The notes under the pieces are model-generated. The model did no database searches and was not told where the DNA came from. It saw only the letters and a list, made by a program, of their open reading frames with translations. This document shows, one piece after another, positions 56,038 through 64,000 of a stretch of 64,000 nt of DNA. Every line of letters starts with the position of its first letter. Positions within the stretch are counted from its first letter, which is position 1. The DNA is from Chrysomallon squamiferum (lineage: Eukaryota; Animalia; Mollusca): assembly GCA_012295275.1 (NCBI GenBank), contig CM022675.1:15810001-15874000 (forward strand). The letters run 5' to 3'. The translations under genes and the position numbers were made by a program.

Positions 56038-59000
56038 TTATTATTGGTTAAAATGTATTTTCTACCATAGAAAAATAAGGGATCAAGTTAGGTTAGCTAT
56101 GTATTTTCCTGGTTGATAATTATTTGATATAGCAGTTATACAAGTCTGTGTGTATTTTAAATCTCAGTTGTGTTTTACAATTGTATGGTGATGTTGGGGT
56201 TTTGTCGGGAAGGGAGTTTTGTTATTTTTGTTTTTGTGTGAATGCTCATCCTTGTAGTTGCATTTTGATATCTTTGGTGTGTAGCTGACCATTTTAAAAC
56301 AGTTGTTTTTCTTTTCTTTTTTAATGACAGTGCCATTTTATTTTGATTCCTATGATCCACTTTGTTGTCAAAATGAATATTAAATTGTGTTTATATGTCA
56401 TAGCTACACCTTTAACACAGCAGTTTAAATCTTTAAGCATAAACACAGAATCAAAGTAACAGCTGGAAAACTGAAATTTTATAATGTTAAATTAAACAAC
56501 TTCAAAACTGATAATTTTTTATGCAGACAAACTGTATTTTCTCAGACCCTGTTTGTTTTGGAATGTTATATTTATTTATGAAATTACGGTTTAAGTGTCT
56601 GTTTTGTTGTTTAGTTTATTGGCTTGTTTTTCAAGATTTCTGAATTTGATTACAGTTGATAGTTGTTTATTACCTGAGTTTGGTTTTACCTTGCATGTTT
56701 TGTGTTATCTCAGATGTGAAACATTTTTATTATAGCCCTTGTTCCTGACCTTGTCTTTGAAACTAGTATCAAAATAGAGAGCAAAAGGAAATTCAATTAT
56801 TTTATGTAAATCAGTATTAAAATAGTTATTTTTTATTCTTCTTATTATTATTTTTTTAAATGTTTAAAACAGTTTTGAAGACTGTCAAATGTTAACTCAG
56901 TACAATTCATTAAAAAAACCAACATATTTATAAATTAAAGTGTAGTTAGTTGGGTTCTTCTGAAACTGATATTTGCTATTAATGTAAATGTTTGGATAGT
57001 ATTACATTTGTTAATTTATCATGCATGAGTGTTGCTGCTTGTGAAAAAACAGAATGGTTTAACAATAGTTTTGCTAATGAGTTTTTTTAGAAGATGGATA
57101 AGTAAAGTGTTTTTTTTTATACAAATCAGTCAATGAATTCACACAGCCAGGTGTGCACGATCTGATGTCCTTTTTGTTGTAATAGATATCTTCATCCATA
57201 CATAGCTTGATATTCTTTTCAACATCATTTCCACTTGGGAAGTAAATCCTCTCCCCCCACTTTGATGTTGGGTCTACCCTTGTTTCTGTTGCTCATATTA
57301 GGGTACACATATCTAGTTTCTTTTCATGTTAATGTTGTGTTAATATGCAGTGTATCTTATGTAGTGATAGCTCAGTAGCCAAAGCTGTGTATGTCATGTA
57401 AAAAAAAAAACATTTTTTATTTCTTGTTTTGTGCTTTAAAACTGCCTGATATAAATAGTGTTTATTATGTGCATGTGTAAACCCTTTAAAATTATTATTG
57501 TTGTTAGTTTTTTTTGTTTGTTTCTGTGAAGTAAAAACAACTATTTGTTGTCTAGAATCTATTAAGGAGAGTCAGTTTAAGAAAAAAAGTTGATTATTAC
57601 ATGAAACACTACGTTTAATATAATGAAGTCAGAATTAAACCTTCAGAAATAAAGTAATGTTATTTGATACATTTTTTATTATATCATATTTCAGTATTTT
57701 AGTAATGTATTAGTTATTTTGAAAGCTTAAAAAAAAAAGGTGATAAAAGAAAAAAAGATACTACATATATTTGTCTTTTTGTGAACCACTGTTTTTGTTT
57801 GAAACATAAACACTGTCATTAAAATATGTTGATGTTGATTATTAATTTATTTTGCAAAACCACCACCACAACAACAACAACAACAAAAATGTTCAGCATT
57901 AAACCGACTAAATAAAAGTGCACAAAGAAAACGTCCCTTTTAGCCAGATTTGTAAAAAAACGTAGACTGACTCTCTTTAAAAGTGTTGCCTGCTTGTTTT
58001 TGTGCACATGCTGTGTTCTGTTTTGCACGAGAGGGAGGGGATATTTAAGCTTGCTGTCTGATGTATTGTACCAGGCTGAATTTCATCACACTCAGGCCTT
58101 GCACGACCCCAGCCTGTCAGAAGAAAGCATCGGACTGTTGGGAGAGGAGACATCGAGGGCTGGCCAGGCTCTGCGACTCGGGTTCGTCCATCTTGTCTTT
58201 TTATCCTGCAATGTAGAGAATAGCACACAGTGTAAAAACAACTACAACAAAAAATACACCAAAACAACAACAACAACAACAACAAAATTATTATTATTTT
58301 TTTTTAAAATGAAAACCAATTTTTTTTTTTTTAAATGACACTGTTCAATACCAGCCAATGGTGCATTGGTTGGATTTGAAGATAGACCATTTGATGCTGA
58401 TAAGTTTGTGATCAATGTAATTTAAAGACAAAAGCATTATTAAAAAAAAAAAAAAAAATAAAATAAATAAAATAAATCCATAAAATTCACTTACCAGACC
58501 TCCAAAACATACAAAAAACAACAACTTAATTAGAGAAAGTATTAACTGTTGACAGAAACCATACTTATAATAGCTATAAACACACAATATGTTTTCTCCA
58601 AAATCAATACAGAGATATACATTAAAGAAAATAATAATAACAACAACAACAACATGAAAATATATCTACATACATCTTTCTTGTTAACAGTTGTTAGATA
58701 CAAATACAAATTAATAATAATTATTAATAATATGATTACAAATGTGCAAGTGGATTTAGAAAAAGGCAAATATTTATTATTTGTTTTTACACAAAAACTA
58801 TAATTCAGAAATATATTTATTTAGATTTAAAAACTAATATTTGAAAAGTTTTGAATTTTGAAACATTGTAGATTTGTAGCTGGTGTGATTCTGAGGGAGA
58901 GGATTCCAGCATTTGAGCGGATGTTGTGGAGGGCGTGTCGAGGAAATGTGTTTCTACGACAAGCTGAAATAGAGGCTCCGTTAGAGGATCCTGTTACTGT

Positions 59001-62000
59001 GAGTAAACAGATTAGTTCAGTTTGTGTTTAAAGCATTATAGTGATTACAAGGAATACAGAGATAATACTAGATAATATTACAAAAGTTACTGAGATGATA
59101 TTAGTAAGGGTTATCAATCAGATCAGTAAGATTTCTGTGGATTATAGATCAGATCAGTAAGATTTCTGGATTATAGATCAGATCAGTAAGATTTCTGTGG
59201 ATTATAGATCAGATTAGTTAGATTCCTTTGGATTATAGATCAGATCATTTAGATTTCTGTGGATTATAATTAATAATTAGTATTATAATAATAAGATTAA
59301 TGTAGATCAGATTAAGATGAATTGCAGTTAACAAATTAACAATAATTAGCAGTAATAGATTATCATGGATTAAAATGATCAGGTTGATAAAGATATTCCT
59401 GACCAAAATACGACTTATTGTATGAGATATTTAATTGACAAAACAATTTGAAAAAAAAATATAATAATAATTAATATTAAAATAAAACTGTTAAATATTA
59501 ATATTAATTAATTTCTTTTTCTTATTATAAAAAAAAAAAAAAATATTTATTTGTGTTATCAATCATTCTAGAAACAATTACTGAAAATAAATTAATATTA
59601 ATTTATATCAAGTAATTATTTCTAGAATGATTGATAACACAAATACATTTTTTTTTTTTTGTTTTTTTGTTTGGTTTTATAATAGTTTCAATACCCACTC
59701 ATTTATTTCTGAGATAAACATTATTTGTATTTTCCTTTCTTCCTTCCTTCTCTCATTCATTCACTAACTCTTTCATTGCAGGGTGACCAAGTGTACAAGT
59801 CTGTGTTTATCATCTTCTTTCAAGGAGATCAACTAAAATCTCGAGTGAAAAAAATCTGTGAAGGGTAAAATATTTTTTAATTTGTTCAGTGTAAATCATA
59901 ACATTTCATTGATTATACTAATTTTATGTTCTATAAAATCAGTTAAGTTACTTCACTTTGTTTTTAATTTAGAACAAAAGCAACCAAAAGAAATTGTTAT
60001 TTTTTCACAAGAAGATATTTTGTTTCTTTCTATAATTGTTATTCTATTACACTATATTATTTTTTCATCTACACCAGTATTTTATATACTAGAATCAGAA
60101 CTGTATGTTTTATTAATTTAAGAATATTATTATTATTTTTCTTTTTTTACAGTTAATTGTTTAGAATTTACTTCATAATGGTTGATTTCAGTATTGTTTA
60201 TGAGAAGGTGCATATAAAGATATCTTTCTGCTAATCAGATTAGAGTAACTATATAAATGGCAGCAATGCTGTCCTCTAACATATTATCACTATTATACAA
60301 AAAAAAGAACAGAAAAACCAATCATAAGAAAAAGTGTTAAATGATTTATTAATTATGTTTCATTCTGTTTTGTAAGAAAGTCAGTGAATTTTGTTTTTCT
60401 CTTAGTTTCCGAGCTACACTTTACCCATGTCCCGAAACTCAGGCAGAAAGAAGAGAAATGGCCATCGGAGTGATGACAAGAATTGAAGATCTGAACACAG
60501 TAATCATTAAATACTGTTTATAATGCAAATTCTTCAGTTAATTAATAAATGTTTATTATCAATCAAGGTTATGACAAGAATTGAAGATCTGAACATTAAT
60601 AATTAAATACTGTTTATAATGCAAATTCTTCAATTTATTAATAAATGTTTATTGTCAGACCAGTAATAGGAATCAGTGTTCAAAAACAAGCTTTGAGAAT
60701 CAGTTGTAAATTCCTGTTGTTCTTTGAGTAATAATACTATATATTCAGTATGTATTCTGTGGCCTGATGCACAGAGTAGACTAAGTTAATGATTAGAATA
60801 CAGGAATATGTCATGATGGGTGATGGAATCCATCATCAAACAGGCTGGACAGAGCAGGTTCTATGTTACTCTGTTACAAAGGTCATGGTAGGTGCTGTGC
60901 TAAGTCTGCAAAGCTGAACATAAACGAAATAGTGAAAATAATATGTATATATTTAAAAAATTCATATATTTAAAAAATTCATCATCTCTTGTCCAGCCAT
61001 GGCTTCCTAATGATGTCAGCTTTAGATAAAAGTAGATGAACTCAAAATGCACCTTTGGTAATGAAAAGAAATAATCAAAACATAATGCCTGTGCATTCAA
61101 GTTCTGTTTTATTTGGTTTTACTGTTCCAGACTTAATTCATAATGAAGTACAAGTACAAACGTGTGTATTTTAAAAACATTAGGCATTGATTAACTTTTG
61201 TGTTAGTGTTATCATTATAATAGAATAGGTTGGACCAATGTTTTTTCTCATGTGTCAAATATTTGTTATCATCACTACAGGTGACATTAAGACTTAGGTT
61301 GTGAATGGGTAAAAGACATTAAATGTTTTGTAACAGTATTATTTTATTGTCATGCTTCATTATATGTGATGATAGATTGTCCCCAAAACAGCGAAATAAT
61401 AACTTGGAAATACAACAAACTTTTAGATAGTGTTTGTATACTATAAGAGTATTTAAATATAGAATATCAGTGACAGATCATTTCTCCTTTGAAGACTTGT
61501 TCCTGCATACAGCAGACTGATGTTGGTTTATTCACACTGTGAAGGAAAACATTTAGACTTGTGTAAATACTGTGAAATGGAATACTTGGACATTCAGTTA
61601 GACTGTTTAATCATACTGCTACAGGAAAACATTGACGTGGTTGTTGTTGTTGTTGTTGTGCAGGTCCTGGGACAGACAGGCGACCACAGACACAGGGTGC
61701 TGGTTGCTGCGGCTAAGAACATCAAGGTGTGGTTCATCAAGGTGCGGAAGATCAAGGCAATCTACCACACACTGAACATGTTCAACCTGGACGTCACACA
61801 GAAGTGTCTCATTGCGGAGTGCTGGTGTCCAGTCGACGACCTCGACAGAATCCAGCAAGCCCTGCGCCGAGGAACAGTACGTCTTGTTACACATCTCTTA
61901 CACTAGAGTTAAACTTAGTGTTGTAACACACAACATTAATAATAACATATTTCTATGTATGCATTAATGTGTGTGTGTGTGTGTGTTCTTGGGGGTATGC

Positions 62001-62567
62001 ACATTTCTTCTCTAGTTTTTATTTTTTTACAAAGTAATATAAGTAAGGATGCATACATGTTGAATTTACATGTAACTGATAGCAGATTTTATATTGGTAG
62101 CTTACTGAATGGCATAATATCCTGTCAGTGCAGGAAACTGTACATAAAATATCTCTTAACACCACTTCAAAATTATCAAAAGTTCTAAGTTACTAAATAT
62201 TTATATAATAAACAACAATAATTTTATATTTGTATGTCTGTTATTTTATTTTAATTTCTATTTATTTATTTCTATTTATTTATTTAATTTATTTACTTAT
62301 TTATTTAATTTATTTACTGCTTTATTTATTTATTTAGTTAGTTATTTGTTTATTTATTTATTTAGTTAGTTAGTTAGTTGTTTGTTTATTTATTTTTACT
62401 TCTTTATTAATTTATTTATTTATTTAGTTGTTTATTTATTTATTTAGTTAGTTAGTTAGTTGTTTATTTATTTATTTATTTATTTACTTCTTTATTTATT
62501 TATTTAGTTAGTTGTTTGTTTATTTATTTATTTAGTTAGTTATTTGTTTATTTATTCATTTATTTAT

Positions 62568-62598
<31 letters not shown>

Positions 62599-63828
62599 AT
62601 TTATTTATTTACTTATTTACTTATTTATTTATTTGTTAATTTATTTACTTATGACAGGAGCAGAGTGGAAGTAGTGTTCCGTCCATTCTGAACCGGATGA
62701 TCACGAAGCAGGAACCTCCGACTTACAACCGCACCAACAAACTCACCTCAGGCTTTCAGGGAATCGTTGATGCATATGGGGTGGCCAGCTACAGAGAAAT
62801 TAACCCAGGTAGATACTTCACACACTACAGTGCTTAGTTTCGTTGTTCATTCATTCATTAACATAAATAAATGTTTTGCACACTATAGTCAGTATACTTT
62901 TTGTTTTATGCAAAATAACCAGTGTGGTGGTATTAATTTTTCATTTATTTCTTATTTGAGACCTGCAATCAGGTGAAATATCTCTATATGAATACATTTT
63001 TTTTACCTTTAAGTTACTAACATAAGAAACTGTAAAATTAGTGTTGTACTGAGCAGCAGAAATAGTGATATCTTACAATTTTCAGATTGTTTTGCATATA
63101 TACAAAACTATTATATCAAAAAATCCTGCAGACTATTTGCGTAAGTTGAATTTGGATAAATGGAATTTCTGTTTAGACTTATAAGGCTATTTCTTTATGT
63201 TCCAAAATAATAAAAATTCTGAAGTTTAGAAAAAATCTTACTCTTAATATCATCTGTTTTTGTTTTGTTTTCAGCTCCATACACGATAATAACATTCCCG
63301 TTTCTGTTTGCTGTCATGTTTGGAGACATGGGACATGGCCTCATCATGTTTCTCTTCGCTTTGTTTCTTGTTCTCAAAGAAAAAGAGCTGGCAGCCAAGA
63401 AGATAGATGATGAGGTAAATTCCACAAATATGACAATAAAACAGAAAGATTTTGTGTTCAAATTGTTTCTTTGGATTTGATGAATGAACTTGACAATTTA
63501 ATTTCTTTTTTTTTTTTTTTTTTTTTTTATTTTTATTTTTTTTTCTCAAATTATATCTTTGGAAGTATCAAATGAAATCAGTTCTTTCTTGATTTTGTTT
63601 TAGAAACTTTTTCTTTTCAAATATCAAATAAAAAAAGAAATTCTATTTTTTTCCAATAATAAGGGAATGAAATAAGAAAGTCTGATGTTTTTGTTTTCAG
63701 ATTTTCAAGACATTCTTTGGAGGCCGATACATCATCTTACTGATGGGTTTGTTCTCAATCTACACTGGGTTCATCTACAATGACATCTTCTCAAAGTCTC
63801 TCAATGTGTTTGGCAGTCAGTGGAGAGC
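53235..63828 (+). CDS. ATP6V0A1: V-type proton ATPase V0 subunit a (116 kDa), 3'-partial
   Basis: Exons 53235-53351, 54064-54142, 54552-54649, 55168-55296, 58075-58181, 58872-58998, 59782-59864, 60406-60499, 61664-61876, 62658-62808, 63275-63414, 63701-63828. [79 protein letters not shown]. Gene continues beyond the window. Confidence 0.97.
59112..59268. repeat. ~31-bp minisatellite, about 5 copies
   Basis: GATCAGATCAGTAAGATTTCTGTGGATTATA repeated. Confidence 0.9.
59547..59645. repeat. Intronic palindrome with ~35-bp arms
   Basis: TATTTGTGTTATCAATCATTCTAGAAA / TTTCTAGAATGATTGATAACACAAATA, flanked by A-run and T-run. Confidence 0.85.
62240..62650. repeat. Compound (TTTA)n/(TTAG)n/(TTTG)n microsatellite
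   Basis: Direct reading. Confidence 0.9.
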
Positions 63829-64000
63829 GTAAGTTTCTAAATATTTATCACTATGTATGTATATATATTTAAATTTAGTATTTGTTGTGATTATAATAAG
63901 CAAATTTCATGTAAGATTATTTAATTATTTTTCGCAGCTAGTGTAATACATGTAGTGATCAGTCTGTGATTTAATTGTGTTATAGCTTTGACTCAGAAAT

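Noticed and set aside
50446-58803. Many F/I/L/Y-rich ORFs that look like membrane proteins
   Set aside because: Translations of AT-rich introns and microsatellites.
59112-59268. CRISPR-like periodic repeats (also 18954-19052)
   Set aside because: Head-to-tail minisatellites without unique spacers in a eukaryotic genome; no cas genes.

Overview
AT-rich, intron-containing animal genomic DNA. The gene set and repeat types suggest a lophotrochozoan, probably a mollusc/gastropod; this is inference, not a database match. Gene order: an 8-exon hnRNP A/B gene on the minus strand (93-8550), whose introns hold three paralogous box H/ACA snoRNAs and one scrambled copy. Head-to-head with it is an HP1/CBX gene (14765-17574), enclosed by a pair of ~1.85 kb inverted repeats and carrying a 1-nt frameshift. 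Next come a THAP / ISL2EU-Harbinger-derived exon pair (24932-26668) and a second, diverged but open-reading HP1 copy (27526-29852) that lacks its own first exon and can be spliced in frame to the THAP exon. A ~1.8 kb tandem array with MULE transposase relics follows, then the heme transporter HRG1/SLC48A1 (43070-45861) and the 5' part of V-ATPase subunit a (from 53235, running off the window). Best leads: (1) a possible THAP-HP1 transposon-host fusion built on an HP1 paralog that lost the PxVxL-binding Trp; (2) the inverted-repeat-flanked HP1 cassette; (3) the intronic H/ACA family predicted to guide a 28S rRNA pseudouridine; (4) the hnRNP A-HP1 head-to-head pair also seen in vertebrates. All exon models and alignments were made by eye and are not transcript-verified.
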